Shown here one piece after another: positions 1-12,287 of a stretch of 38,085 nucleotides of DNA (position 1 is its first letter; every line of letters starts with the position of its first letter). The stretch is from contig NC_068981.1 of assembly GCF_001194135.2 (NCBI RefSeq), positions 91,558,751 to 91,596,835 of the forward strand. Direction: 5' to 3'. The translations under genes and the position numbers were made by a program. This stretch comes from Octopus bimaculoides (lineage: Eukaryota). The notes beneath the pieces are model-generated. The model searched no databases and was not told the DNA's origin. It saw only the letters and a program-made list of their open reading frames with translations.

Positions 1-366
1 CATTAACAAATTTATTAGAATATTTAGCTGAAGATCAGAATAGAGTATTCTTTACTCTTAACTGTGAAACGATCGTAATAAATTAACTAAAGGCAGGTGG
101 TTTTTTTAACTCTTCTCTACTGTTTTTTGTTCTGTGTGTATCAAAAATATCGCTATCAATCTGGAGTAATAATTTGTAGTTTTGAAATCAGTAGTTCTTT
201 GACTGCTATTTCTGAATTCTCAGTATGTTGGAGAAGCAGGTTACTGTCAATCCCTATATATTTATGATTATAAATGTTTTTTACCGAAAAGGTTTTTTCA
301 TACTGAGCTACCCGGCAAAATTGTTAATTATTAATTTTATTACTAATTGACGATTCCCTGCCCTGC

Positions 367-500
367 ATATCTATCTATCTATATATATATATACATATAT
401 GCATATATATGTGCATGTATATATGTATATATAATATAAATATGTGTGCATATATATACACATATAATTATATGTGTATGTATCAATATGTGTGTGTCTT
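367..500. repeat. Compound (TA)n/(TG)n low-complexity tract
   Basis: Alternating TA/TG/CA dinucleotides visible directly. Confidence 0.85.
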
Positions 501-959
501 TAGTACCTTTTGATTATCACGTAAAAAAATAAGTTATTTCCATAAATACTATAGATTATCAATAAAATCTCAGCTTCTCTAAGAACTTGCCTTGAGTTAA
601 AAGATTCAGCAGCTCCATTTGTTGAGCTTTCAACGTTTTATTACATTTTCATCTATTTTACGACTGTGGTTTCAATAGATACGTCTGCAAGTTCAATAAG
701 TAAATTAATAAATCATCATCTAGCTGAAAATATATGTATCAGACTTACACAATGGCTGTATAATAAGACCGCCAGAACATTGCTAATGACACATTAAGTA
801 TATTAATGTTTTCTTACACAGTAATAAATAAGCGCAGCGTAACACAACAAACTACCAGATGTCTAGCCGAAGGCTTAATATTCATACCTCTTCGCTAGTA
901 GTAATATGTTCTAATGCAGAAGAGTATTTCGAATACATTCATGCATCCTATTCTATAGG

Positions 960-1150
960 AGGGAGAATTCACACAAAAAAAGAGACAAAAGACGAAGACA
1001 GGTGGTGTAGACAACAAACAGATGAATTAATATAACGCTCGGGAAGTGAAAATGTCTTTAACGTTTCGAGCATACGCTCCACGGAAAGGAGCACAGAAAG
1101 AAACGAGGAGAGAAACGAAAGAATGTGTAGTGGCTAGCGATCTATCATGG
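960..1150 (-). mobile_element. Short Penelope-like terminal-repeat fragment with hammerhead-like relic
   Basis: Minus strand reads GAGC-GTAT-GCTC-GAAACGTT (4-bp hairpin then GAAAC), the arrangement found at Penelope-like element ends; resembles a recalled common octopus repeat. Confidence 0.45.
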
Positions 1151-1369
1151 TGAATGCCATTGTTAGACATTTTCCTTTATATGAAAAAAGGCCACCGCCT
1201 TTGAACCTAACGGAGCCTGTCAGTCTGGCTGGGGGACGGATTGGTGAAGTTATTCTTAGATTACTGTTTTAGTCCGAATGCTTCAAACTGTGTGAATTCC
1301 AGTAAAATCTTGGTGATGGTATTAAACAGCGCAACTATTATATTTACTAGTCAAGAACGTACTTAGATA

Positions 1370-1485
1370 CACACACACACACACACACACCACGCGCGCC
1401 CACACACATACATACATACACACACGCACACACACAATTATATATATGAAGGACTCACCCGCGAAGACGACGTATGAGCATTCAG

Positions 1486-1530
<45 letters not shown>
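1370..1530. repeat. (CA)n and (TA)n microsatellites
   Basis: (CA)n-rich at about 1370-1436 and pure (TA)n at about 1488-1530. Confidence 0.9.
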
Positions 1531-1531
<1 letters not shown>

Positions 1532-1709
1532 CTGAATATTTCGACTTTTAGTAATCAGTTAATCTAATTTCCGATCGTCAGCTGGTAAACCGAACCTGGT
1601 TTACTCTTGAAATATCCACTGTCTGAATACTTTCTGAAATATGAAGTGAAAATTTAGAAAACGCTTATCCTTATGTAAACCTTATAGTTCTAAACCGTTT
1701 AGAACTATA

Positions 1710-2962
1710 CAGGTTCATGCAGATAAACTGAGACAATTTTTACGATGCATAGAATTGGTTATAAATAGTAAATAATGGGAGTAGACAGATATTTTAATGT
1801 AACATTCATTGCAACAAAAACATTTATCATTAAATATGGCTGTCCTTTTCGGTAATTAATTCCTCCACTCTTGAATGATTTAATTTTTAATTTTTACAGT
1901 TGCCACAACCTCCGCTCTTTTGATTTTGCATGTCGCACGCATGATGCAGGTCTTCAAACTGTGGACACTCGAGTGTGGAGAAGCATTGTTTTTACTTAAA
2001 GTACTCCCCACAAAAAGTAATCGAGAAAGTTGAGACCTGGGCTATTACTGGGCTAGTTGCTGGAATTCACAAAAAATCGCACCCTTTTACCAAGGAAGCC
2101 CTGTGTTTCTTTTAATCCATGGCACGGTGCAGAATCCTGGATCAGAACCTCATTCTCAGGCCCAAACTTCTGATCCATCCAAGGTAACAGAGAGTTCTAC
2201 AAGATGTCTAGATTCTCCTTTCTGTCGATCGTCTTGCCAGACTCAATGAAGTGTGGGTCCAGGACAATTCCATCACTCGCTACAGCTCCAAATACTATCA
2301 TAGAGGTAGGATTCTTAGTTTCAAACACAGTGAGGACGTCAGAAGGGTTGTATGCCATCGCTTGAAAATCTCGGCAATTCACCTCAACGTCCACAGTGAA
2401 CTTCTCGTCCACAAACACGAGACGTTTTCCTGCACGTTGATGCTTGATGAATAACAGAAGCTTGTGTCTGATTACTTTGGTTTGGCTGTTAGGAAGTTGC
2501 AACGTTGTCGAACATAGCTAGTTATGCAAGCGTTCCCGCTCTGGACACCGTGGAAAGGGACACATTGCCTTTCTTTGCAAGAGTTGTCATTGATGTGCAT
2601 GGTTTGGCTTCAATCGAGCATTTGAAGCCAGTGAGAAAAGTTGGATTGAGCTTGGAATCACTTCGAGTCTTGTGCTCTTATCTATCTATCTTTCCCTCTT
2701 CTTTACACACGATAAACTGTTGGATCTGGAAGTTTCATCAACTTAAAAAAATTTATTGGCAGTGAGCCTGGATCGGACCAAAACAACAATGGGGGAATGA
2801 TTCTGTTCTATGAATTTCTTTTATCGAATCAGTTCCCCATTTACCCGTAAAATAAAGTGGAGGATTAGATTTTGAAGCAAGCAAGGTTTTAATAAAAAAT
2901 AAAATGTTAAATCCACTAAGTCACCTGTTTAAAGTTGGTCTCAATTTATCTGCAAGACCCTG
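1710..2962 (-). mobile_element. Full-length decayed Tc1/mariner transposon, DD37D (maT) family
   Basis: TIRs 1710-1734 CAGGTTCATGCAGATAAACTGAGAC and 2938-2962 (reverse complement CAGGGTCTTGCAGATAAATTGAGAC), 22/25 identical, flanked by TA at 1708-1709 and 2963-2964. Encloses a decayed transposase. Confidence 0.92.
1985..2745 (-). pseudogene. DD37D transposase pseudogene
   Basis: Minus-strand translation: HTH-like SIEAKPCTSMTTLAKKGNVSLSTVSR, first catalytic FVDEKFTVD, MIVFGAVASDG, then QDSAPCH...SPGLNFLDYFLWG with exactly 37 residues between the second and third D; in-frame stops and frameshifts present. Confidence 0.9.
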
Positions 2963-3269
2963 TATGTGCATAAAAATTCCTCTTCTGTTCACGCTTTTTG
3001 TAGAAAGGTTTTCTTCTGGGATGGTTCATATTGATGTTAGGTCAAGAGGTCAATTTTCTTTTAGTCATTGTATACTCTTTTCAATTGTCAGCTGGATACA
3101 GCTGTAGAAACTTTGTTCTTGAAGCTTATTAAATGTATATGCTTTAGTGTGCGTCTAAGCGTATGTGTGTGAGTGTGTGTTGTGTATTGTGAATTTTTCA
3201 AGTTATTTTAATAACAGTAATAAGTACATTTGATTTGATGAGAATTTCTCATGTGTTCCTGAATATATA

Positions 3270-3505
3270 TTGTGTTTCTTTTTTAGCCTTTCGTTTAGGT
3301 AAGAGGTTTTTGATCAAATGGAGTTCTATTGCCTTCCGGTTCTTTAGGTCAACCCTTGGACATTTGTAGAAAGAATCTGCTGTTTCTGCATATTTCCAGA
3401 TACTTAGCGGAATCTTGCTTAATTCTTATTGTCTGTTTTGTTGTCTTTGGATTTTGGCATGTTGGTAAAGAAAATTGTTGATTTCACAAATATAATTTGT
3501 TTTTC
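3270..3505 (-). mobile_element. Penelope-like element GIY-YIG endonuclease relic (C-terminal part)
   Basis: One frame, one stop: NYICEINNFLYQHAKIQRQQNRQ*ELSKIPLSIWKYAETADSFYKCPRVDLKNRKAIELHLIKNLLPK, resembling the YIGET...HRQQIR...FYK...RxxxExxxIxxLxP pattern of PLE GIY-YIG domains. Confidence 0.65.
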
Positions 3506-4883
3506 TTTTTTCCCCGTCTAACCAAGCCTCCAAAAGATCTTCAGACGCACATATTTACACACATATACACACTTATATACGTACAGTTATAGATTCAAAT
3601 ACCAATGAATATTCTTTTAACAATTCAACTCCAGATTATTCCATCTAACTCACACATATAGAAAGGCATAATATTTTTGTAAAACATCAGTCCTGATGAA
3701 TCTCTGAAAGCAATAAATATCATCCATTCTGTCTGCCTCCTTTTTCCTAATATATAAAATCTGTACAACACTTCACACACACACATGCACACAAACACAT
3801 TCATGCGAGTGTGTTTGTGTAATTATGTGAGCATGTGTGTACGTGTCCAAATGATTGGCTGAGTGCTTTGACGTATCGAAAAAAAAAAAGATTAAAGGCG
3901 GGAATCTGAGTGCAACTCCAGAAGATGAGTGATAAATCTAGCCGTACGTCCTTGATTCCGTCAGTCTGTAGTCCAAGTAAATTACTCTCATAGACAGGGA
4001 GCACCGAGTAAAACATATGGGAGTGTGCAATCCCCTTTGACCAATTGACAACGACGCAATTTCTACCTAGCATTCTTAGCTGAGTTGACCGCGGCTGTCG
4101 TTATATATAGATGAACTTCGGAGATGGGGAGTTTAATTACCAAACAGACAAACAAAAAAAAAACCAAAAGCAAAAGCAGGAAAAGAAACACATGTAGAAA
4201 AGTTTGACTCAAATCAATTGCTACACAATCGATTACGTTATCCATTGTAGTAATTCGATTTGGAATTTTGGAATTTTGAAGGGTCCCCAATGTATTAGAA
4301 ATGAATATTAGCTATATANNNNNNNNNNTGTGTGTGTGTGTGTGTGTGTGCGTGTGTGTGTGTGTATTGAAAATTGGGGGGGCGAAACTATATTGCAGAC
4401 ACCATATCGAAATATTTCCTTCCTTTTCGGTGTCAGTATTTATTGACATTATCATATACACAATAGAACAGAAATGTATGCATAACGAAAGTGAAACAGC
4501 AGGGAACTTATCAATGTATAAGTATTATTCACAATTAAATAGATTCGATTATCTGAGTTTCTTTCGTGCTTGCAGCGTTCAACATACAAAAAAAGAGTAA
4601 TGAATAAAATTGATTAAGAAGTTGTTATGACTTAAAAGCATGTGCGAAGTGCTGTTTCTGCCTATCTGTGATTTGATCCTCGGCTCATTAAAGTCTATTA
4701 GAGTTAATGAATGGAATTTCGTTTATTATGGTTTAGATATAAGTAAACCTTATCTAAGAGATAAATTATAGATTGGTAAGATAAGAATTCAGTAGCTTAC
4801 ATTGAATTCAGGAAAATTTAACTTGTTATAACATTTCTAATTTTGCTAATAACATACAGGCAGTATAATGTTCGTTAATATTG

Positions 4884-5097
4884 GTTTAAAATCTTGGCAT
4901 AGGGCCATCAAGTTTGCGGGGAGGTGGGGTCATCGACTACATCGATCTCAGTGCTCAACTGGTGCTTATTTTATCGATCCCAGAAAGAAGGAAATTGAAG
5001 TTGAACTCGGTGGAACTTGAACTCAGAAAGTACAGACAGACGAAATGCCGCTAAGCATTTTGTTGGGCTCAGTAACATTTCCGCCAACTTGCTCCGA
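4884..5097 (-). mobile_element. tRNA-derived SINE, family A (diverged)
   Basis: Aligns by eye along its length to the clean copy at 25701-25916 (ATCGA...CTGGT.CTTATTTTATCGA.CCC...GAACTCAGAA...GACGAAATGCCGCTAAGCATTT). Confidence 0.85.
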
Positions 5098-5466
5098 CAT
5101 TTCGTTACGATTGAAAGCACTCCTCTTCATTTGCGTTGATAATATTTTGAGAAAATTAATTTAAAATGCCCTCATATATTGCCAAAAATTAAGTGGGCTT
5201 GTTTACTGTGTAAGAGATTAATAAATTTAATATTATTTAACATATCTAAGAGTTCATAGCCTGCTTTTAATCAGGTAACTTGCCATAGTTTTATGACTAT
5301 ACATTTAAAATGAAATTTAATTAAATTGTATTTTAATTAAATACTCATCTGAAAGGCGGATGATGTTTCTAATTTACTGTGTATCTTTATTTTGCTTTTC
5401 GTTTATTAAAGCTTATAAACATTCAACTTCAGCATCTCGAATAGCAATAACTGAAGTTACAGTATA

Positions 5467-5677
5467 CAGGGTGGCCCAAATGTAGGTTTGCAGTTATTCA
5501 ACTAACTCTTTCGCATTGATATATTAACAGTTTAGATCTTAATTATAGAAAACTATGAAACCATTATTCTATGCTAAATTAGTTAATTGTAAGATAGAAA
5601 TTTAAATGTGATAGAATGTTTAAAGGAGATTTAAAGTACCTATCTGATAACTGTAAACCTACTTTTGAACCACCCTA
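5467..5677. mobile_element. Tc1/mariner-type MITE (211 bp)
   Basis: About 30-bp TIRs: CAGGGTGGCCCAAATGTAGGTTTGCAGTTAT versus reverse complement of the right end TAGGGTGGTTCAAAAGTAGGTTTACAGTTAT; TA on both flanks; no coding capacity. Confidence 0.85.
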
Positions 5678-7254
5678 TAGTTTAACCGAGAATAATTATT
5701 GTTTGTTATACAATTCATTAACTTTGAATATGTTCTATTGCTGTAAATGGACACAATTCAATTGCACAACGTTGTAGGACATTAGAAATGACGGTTATGT
5801 ACTCTAAACTAAATAACTATTTGTATAAAATGATTAAGTCAGAAGGTAGTTGTTCATGTGTTTTTCAGAGCTTTCGAGTAAATTCAAAGTATTAAGATTT
5901 TATTGGAAATGCATCTGTTGCAGCTACCGGAACTAATGTCTGCTAGCAAAAGCAACGATTTTCACACGGTTTTGAAATGTTTTATCGACGTTAGCATTAC
6001 GTCTAACATAGACATGATATTCGTGTCATTACGAGAACAAAGAATATCTTTCAGAAACCATCGTGTAGTAAATAGTTGCCTATTGCAATATAATCCCCAA
6101 ATCAAACATTAGCGCAAATCTTCAGTTATAATAGCAGTTCAATGGAAAAAGGTTAGAATCAGTCTCGGTGATGTGCATCACACGAATGAATTGTTAATGG
6201 AAACTATATGTTGAAAAACACAAATGCTTTTGTCTGCAAATCCGATTGCCAAATGTCATTAATCTTTTATGTGATTTTATTTTATTCTTCAGTGAAGTTT
6301 TAACGTACACTGTCAAGTGTATCCTATATTAGAAATTTTAATTAGAAAACACTGTTGAGTTAAAAGAATACTAACATCTGCTCATATATCCAGTTGACAG
6401 GCTACAAAAATACAAAATCAAGAAAATAGGATAAATAATATATAACAAACTTTGAACATTCTTCTGTTTCAGACATTATCATGTTAAATGAAATTTCATT
6501 CTCGATAGTAGTTTACTATAGAATACTACTAAAATATGTGCCGAGAGAATGAACTCAATATTTGAACACTATACAGCAATGTAAAAGTGTCAAGGAAATA
6601 ATTCATTTGTAAAGCAGCCATATAAAGTTTAATTAGTAAAGAATATTAAACAGAGCAGCAATATGGGTTATGTTGTGATACACCACATTCATAAGGAGAG
6701 CGCTGTGATAAGTTGTAACTTAACAAAACACACTCGGATTTTATATTGGTCCGTTTTTCGGTATTGATATGGCTTTGTTATCATGAAGCTATTTATAATA
6801 CTTTTAAAAGAATATATAGTTGCTTCCACTTATCAATAATTTCACGGTTAAAGCAAAACAGATCTTATGTATTACGATGTGATAATTTTGTTGGCATTCG
6901 ACTCGTTTCCAGATATTTCATTACTCGTTTAATGCTTTGTGTTCAGTCATAAAATATCGCACAAAAATCTGAGATATAATCGAATTTGCACTTAACACAT
7001 TGCATTTCCATTTTCAAATCGTCATTAAAACGTTTCGATCTTTTCTCAATATGAGTTCTCATGCTGTGTTGCAATCGATTTCTATTACTTAGATACTCTT
7101 TCACCCGAAGTTCATTGCTTTTACTCTCTATCTATTTTTTTCTTACGTAAGTTATTTATGTTTGTAACTATTCGTTAATTTTATATTATTTCTCTTAAGC
7201 TTGATCTATGTAACTTTATTTAGAAGCAAAAATCGAATATTTAAGCGATCTAAT

Positions 7255-7380
7255 TTGCAATCAAACAACCTAGGTCCAGTTCAACTGCATGGCATCTTGA
7301 ATATAAACCTTTTAGCTTTAATTTGACTCAACTATTTTGGACCGAAATTGGGGTAACAGTAATTGTGCAGAAGCCCGTCC
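7255..7380 (+). mobile_element. Highly degraded SINE family B fragment
   Basis: Retains ACTGCATGGCATCTTG and terminal AGAAGCCCGTC at the family B spacing. Confidence 0.4.
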
Positions 7381-7455
7381 TACAAATTGTGATTTTATTT
7401 GAATAGAGCAAGCTTTTCATGCAACACTTCATGCTAACTCTGATTCTGTTTGCAG

Positions 7456-7519
7456 GTTACGTTAAACATAAGCGCTCCATTGGACTACTCCGTCCATTAT
7501 GCGCTAATTAAATACACAG
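7456..7519 (+). CDS. Candidate 64-nt internal exon of an unidentified host gene (VTLNISAPLDYSVHYALIKYT/G)
   Basis: Branch-like CTAAC, TCTGATTCTGTTTGCAG acceptor, CAG|GTATTT donor; frame 0 open, other two frames contain stops. No homology support. Confidence 0.35.
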
Positions 7520-7965
7520 GTATTTAAGTCACTCATACAGTTGAATACTTACCATAGTCACCGACCGAGATTGATTTACTTTCTAATTTGGAAGTCTCTC
7601 GTAACTTTCTAATTCCTAATATTCTTTTCTGTGATTAATTTTCATTCACATGCATTTAATTAATTTTCTCTCTGAGCTTACCATGTGAGACTGAGTGTTT
7701 TCAAATCTTTAAGGATATATATATACAATCGAGTATTAAAAAAAATTGCTTGAATAATCTGAAATTAGAGAAGATATATAACTCCTAAGTTTATCAAATT
7801 CAGAAAGCAAGACTTTGCATATATCTATTCAATCAGTTGTGATATATAGAATAATTGAAGTTTGTGAAGTAATTAAGTCTAGAGTGACGAATTTCTGAGT
7901 TACATAGTTCACTCATATCTTTTACATATATAAATTAAACAACATTATACCTGACCACAAACAAA

Positions 7966-7966
<1 letters not shown>

Positions 7967-8059
<93 letters not shown>

Positions 8060-8088
8060 CCTACCTACCTACCTACCTACTTACCTAC

Positions 8089-8162
<74 letters not shown>
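7967..8162. repeat. (TATC)n tetranucleotide microsatellite with (TACC)n interruption
   Basis: Directly visible, about 195 bp. Confidence 0.97.
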
Positions 8163-9651
8163 GTATATATATGTGTGTGTGTTTATTTATAAATGTATAT
8201 TCATATTACATTAAATATATTATACATCAATTATATCAATATAAATATACTTACATACGTCATACGTGCATGTGCGTGTATACACAAACACACACGCGCG
8301 CGCGCACGCACACATCCTCTGTTGTCAGTCTCGCGTCAAATATTTATATTTTATCTTGTTCGAATTAAGTGAGAATGAATGTTAGTTCAATAAATGTTTT
8401 ATGTATTTTTCAGTTTCTTCACATTTTGGTCAGTTGGTTAGTTGCTTAAATAGTGCTGCTGATAAGTTGTTTTTTAAACACAAAATCAATATTATTTCTT
8501 TCACTCTAAGATCTCTATGTACTATACATATAATTTATTTATAGGCTAGCTTTGCTTCTGTATGAAGCATCAACGGTGATTATTCTACTAAACAATTTTA
8601 TCGCCCCTACACAAACAACAGTCAGTTCCCCATTGACCAAAATGACTTCCGCCTACAAATATTCAAGCTACAATTATTCATCACCGATAATTTATTATAT
8701 TTTATTGCTTACTCACTTCTACTGCTCGTCCTATAATTTATTCCACAACTTTGTTCTCAACGATGGAACCTTCGCATATACGGAAACTTCTTCACTTACT
8801 TGGAAACCTGCAAAACAGATTGGCTGTTATTTTGCTAAAATCCTTATTTCCCAATTTCTTTAACTTTCTTTGTCACTTCCATCGGATATCGATTGCTTCC
8901 ATTCTATTTATCTGTTTATTTTTGTTTGTTTTTCATTGGTCCTGTATTAATAATATTTCAATTCACTTATCTCGAAGTTAAAAAAATTTTGTACCTTCCA
9001 TAACTCTCAAATTCTTTCTCCATCGACGCTCCTGGAACAGAGACCAAATCAGTTTCTTTTTCCTGACAATAATTCGTATGTCAAAGCCAAATAACCTAGT
9101 GACAACAGCTCTCCATAAATTGCTGTCTTCTTTCTGGAACACAACCACCATTGTCACTGTCTTCACCGGCTCATCTACCCATTACCGATATGAAGCAGCA
9201 TACTTACTGAAAAACAAAATTCTGATCTCAGAAAAATCCAGTGTTTCAACTCAAATGATAATTCAGGATTTTCTTGCTGATTATGCTTCAAATTTAACCG
9301 AAAATTTCGATACAAAATTTGCTGCGTTTTCAGAAGCAAAATAACTCCATTAGAAATACTTCTACTGAGAAAAGGCATCACATTTAAGGTCAATTTAGTA
9401 TCCAAATTTGCAGTGCATTATATAACTAATATATATTCATTGAATCCAAGAGATTAAATTGCAGAGCAATTATATGCATCGTATGAAGAGATATATCAGA
9501 ATTGTAAACTAAGCAAATTAAGCTGTTTCATGAAGCATATTAACGTGTTTGTCTAAGTGCTACCATTTCATATATATATTATGTATGTACATGCATGTAA
9601 ACATGTACATTCACAAGGAAACATACACAAAATATAATGATTATGATTATA

Positions 9652-9857
9652 CGATGGGGTGCTGAAAAGTACCTGACTTTAAGGGTGTCGAAAAAGGCCT
9701 GGTTGGAGGCCCAAACTTGTGAGTACTTTTACAGGGCTTAGAAAAACTGCAATAAGCGTGTGAATCTAAGAGGTGAATATCTTAAATGAAATCATAATTA
9801 ACTGATCCGCCTGTATTTTCTTTTACCCGAAGCCAGGAACGTTTCAGCATCTTCTCG
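9652..9857 (+). mobile_element. Mariner-derived MITE (internal deletion derivative)
   Basis: Left TA|CGATGGGGTGCTGAAAAGTACCTGACTT; right end reverse complement CGAGAAGATGCTGAAACGTTCCTGGCTT; internal NKRVNLRGEYLK* matches the mariner C-terminus KCVxLxGxYVE*. Confidence 0.8.
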
Positions 9858-10379
9858 AAAGAATACAAGTCAAAAGGATACTGAGAACCACTTGATCAGA
9901 CTAACCTGAAAAGGGTGAAGCAAAAAAGAAAATATATAAATCGGAAGATCTACTTTCTCCGCTATATTGCACATTCATTAATTTTGTATACTTGACTGAT
10001 GTCATTGTGATTTGTAATAGAGATCATCTCTATTAAGTCAAAGCTCCATTAAGCCAAAGAGTTAATATATTCTGATCATAGCAATCCTGTCTCTTTCAAT
10101 AGTAAGAACTACATTGTTCAATGTGGCTTTGCTTTTTTAATGACGTTAGTGGTGATATTGGAAAAACGTAATTGTTGTTTGTAATATGAAAAACGTCCAA
10201 TTAGTAGCTCTGTCATTGATTTGAATTTTGTTACTAAAATCAATTCTGTAAATCTATGATTCATAATTAACAAATAGCGTCTTGAAATACGCATTAGAAC
10301 GCAACGCCCTTCATTCCATTTAGATTCATTTATTCTCTAAATATTAGGTCGAATATATTTCAAAGAAGATTAAAGCTGA

Positions 10380-10500
10380 TTCAATCGACCAAGTGTGTTA
10401 CTGGACCGTGAATAAATAATCGAGCCTGTCACCAGCAATATTTCAGAATTGAATCAGAAACATGAAGATTACTGCTGCGAAACGTTTAGTCAGCCGACGT
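10380..10500 (-). mobile_element. Old, degraded SINE family A fragment
   Basis: Scattered matches (AATCGACC, ACTGG, ATCGA, AGAATTGAATCAGAAAC) in family A order. Confidence 0.35.
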
Positions 10501-10912
10501 TCAGGTTGATCAGTGTTTATCAAAAAGAGAAAATAGCATACACTTAAAGAATTACAGAAATAATACATTTTGTTGAAAGCAAGAAGTGGAAATGTTAAGT
10601 AAACATGCAAGGCACGAGGAGATATATCTGTCTAAGTAAACTGCATGATACAAGAGATTTAGTAAAGTATTTTAACATATTTGAATACATGTGGTCACAT
10701 TATTCTACATGTATTAAAATGTCTGGTGTGTTAGAGATTTCCACGATAATATTTATGTAAAAATGTCAATATCTTCTGTAACGTCTTTGAGCATATTATC
10801 TTCAACTACATAACATCCATGTATATTTAAATCATATCGTTATGGAAATATTTTCTACATTAGCCGACTACTTCCTGTAAAGTGTTATACATACATTCAA
10901 ATATATATATAT

Positions 10913-11362
10913 NNNNNNNNNNNNNNNNNNNNNNNNNNNNNNNNNNNNNNNNNNNNNNNNNNNNNNNNNNNNNNNNNNNNNNNNNNNNNNNNNNNNNNNN
11001 NNNNNNNNNNNNNNNNNNNNNNNNNNNNNNNNNNNNNNNNNNNNNNNNNNNNNNNNNNNNNNNNNNNNNNNNNNNNNNNNNNNNNNNNNNNNNNNNNNNN
11101 NNNNNNNNNNNNNNNNNNNNNNNNNNNNNNNNNNNNNNNNNNNNNNNNNNNNNNNNNNNNNNNNNNNNNNNNNNNNNNNNNNNNNNNNNNNNNNNNNNNN
11201 NNNNNNNNNNNNNNNNNNNNNNNNNNNNNNNNNNNNNNNNNNNNNNNNNNNNNNNNNNNNNNNNNNNNNNNNNNNNNNNNNNNNNNNNNNNNNNNNNNNN
11301 NNNNNNNNNNNNNNNNNNNNNNNNNNNNNNNNNNNNNNNNNNNNNNNNNNNNNNNNNNNNNN
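10913..11362. other. Assembly gap (450 N); other gaps at 4319-4328, 14091-15030, 16058-16067, 21394-21584, 24457-24466, about 34136-34422 and 36061-36335
   Basis: N runs; most abut (TA)n, (CA)n or (TG)n tracts. Confidence 0.99.
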
Positions 11363-11384
11363 ATATATATATATATATACATAG

Positions 11385-11795
11385 AGCCACGATTGTGGCT
11401 GTCAGCTAAGGATCTTGCCTCCTACCCACATAGTTACGGGATCAGTCCCACTGCGTGGCACCTTAGTCAAGTGTCTTCTACTACGTCCTCGAGCCAACCA
11501 AAACTCTGTAAGTGGATCTAGTAGACGGAAACTGAAAGAAGTTCGGCGTACATATATATATATATTATATTGTGTACGTATCTGTGTGTCTGTATTTGTC
11601 CCCATCACCGCTTGCGAACCGGTGTTGGTATGTCTTCGTCCACGTAACAAGGCATCTCACCAAAAGATACTGATAAAATAAGTACTAGGCTTAGAAAATA
11701 AGTACTGGGCTAGATTTCTTCAACTAAAATCCTTCAGTGTGGTGGTCCAGCATGGCCGCAGTTAAATGACTAAAACAAATAGAGGTATAAAAGAA
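11385..11795 (+). mobile_element. tRNA-derived SINE, family B (near full length)
   Basis: B-box-like GGGATCAGTCCC, CORE-like GGCACCTTAGTCAAGTGTCTTCTACT, GACGGAAACTGAAAGAAG, internal TA/TG tract, 3' half GATAAAATAAGTACT...CAGCATGGCCGCAGTTAAATGACTAAAAC. Confidence 0.9.
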
Positions 11796-12287
11796 TATAA
11801 TATGTAATGCAACTAGAGTAATTGTGACACAATGAAAAAGCTAAACATTAGAAGATGAGAAATATTACGGATTAAATTTCATGATGCCTGCTACGGTTGT
11901 AATTATCAATGACAAGTTAAAGCACTTTTGTCATCATGAGTGAAAACAAAAGAATGTTTGTAAAAATCAGAATTCTCGAATAATTTAATTCTTTTTAAGC
12001 AAGCACTTCAGGAACGATCACGTTTGTATATACTAAACAATATACATTGGTGATCTGATTATTAATTCTTCGTTTGCTGAATACCATTTAATATATGAAT
12101 GTGCATGTGTTTATAAATATGTGTGTATCTATTAAGTATATATGAATATGTATCTATATGAATATATATATATCAAAATAAGCAACAAGACATCTAGAGG
12201 TAATGCAGTACGATCGTTTCAACCGACTCCATTTAATTGAACAATGCAACCATTACATCAGTTTAAATGCAGAGCAATCCTCAGCTA

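Noticed and set aside
2965-3110. Possible Penelope RT fragment (CIQLTIEKS on the minus strand)
   Set aside because: Too short, and on the wrong side of the GIY-YIG relic for a simple element.
3693-3709. CTGATGA...GAAA next to the Penelope relic as a hammerhead ribozyme
   Set aside because: Only 6 unpaired nt (ATCTCT) separate the two core motifs, so stem II cannot form, and I see no stems I or III.
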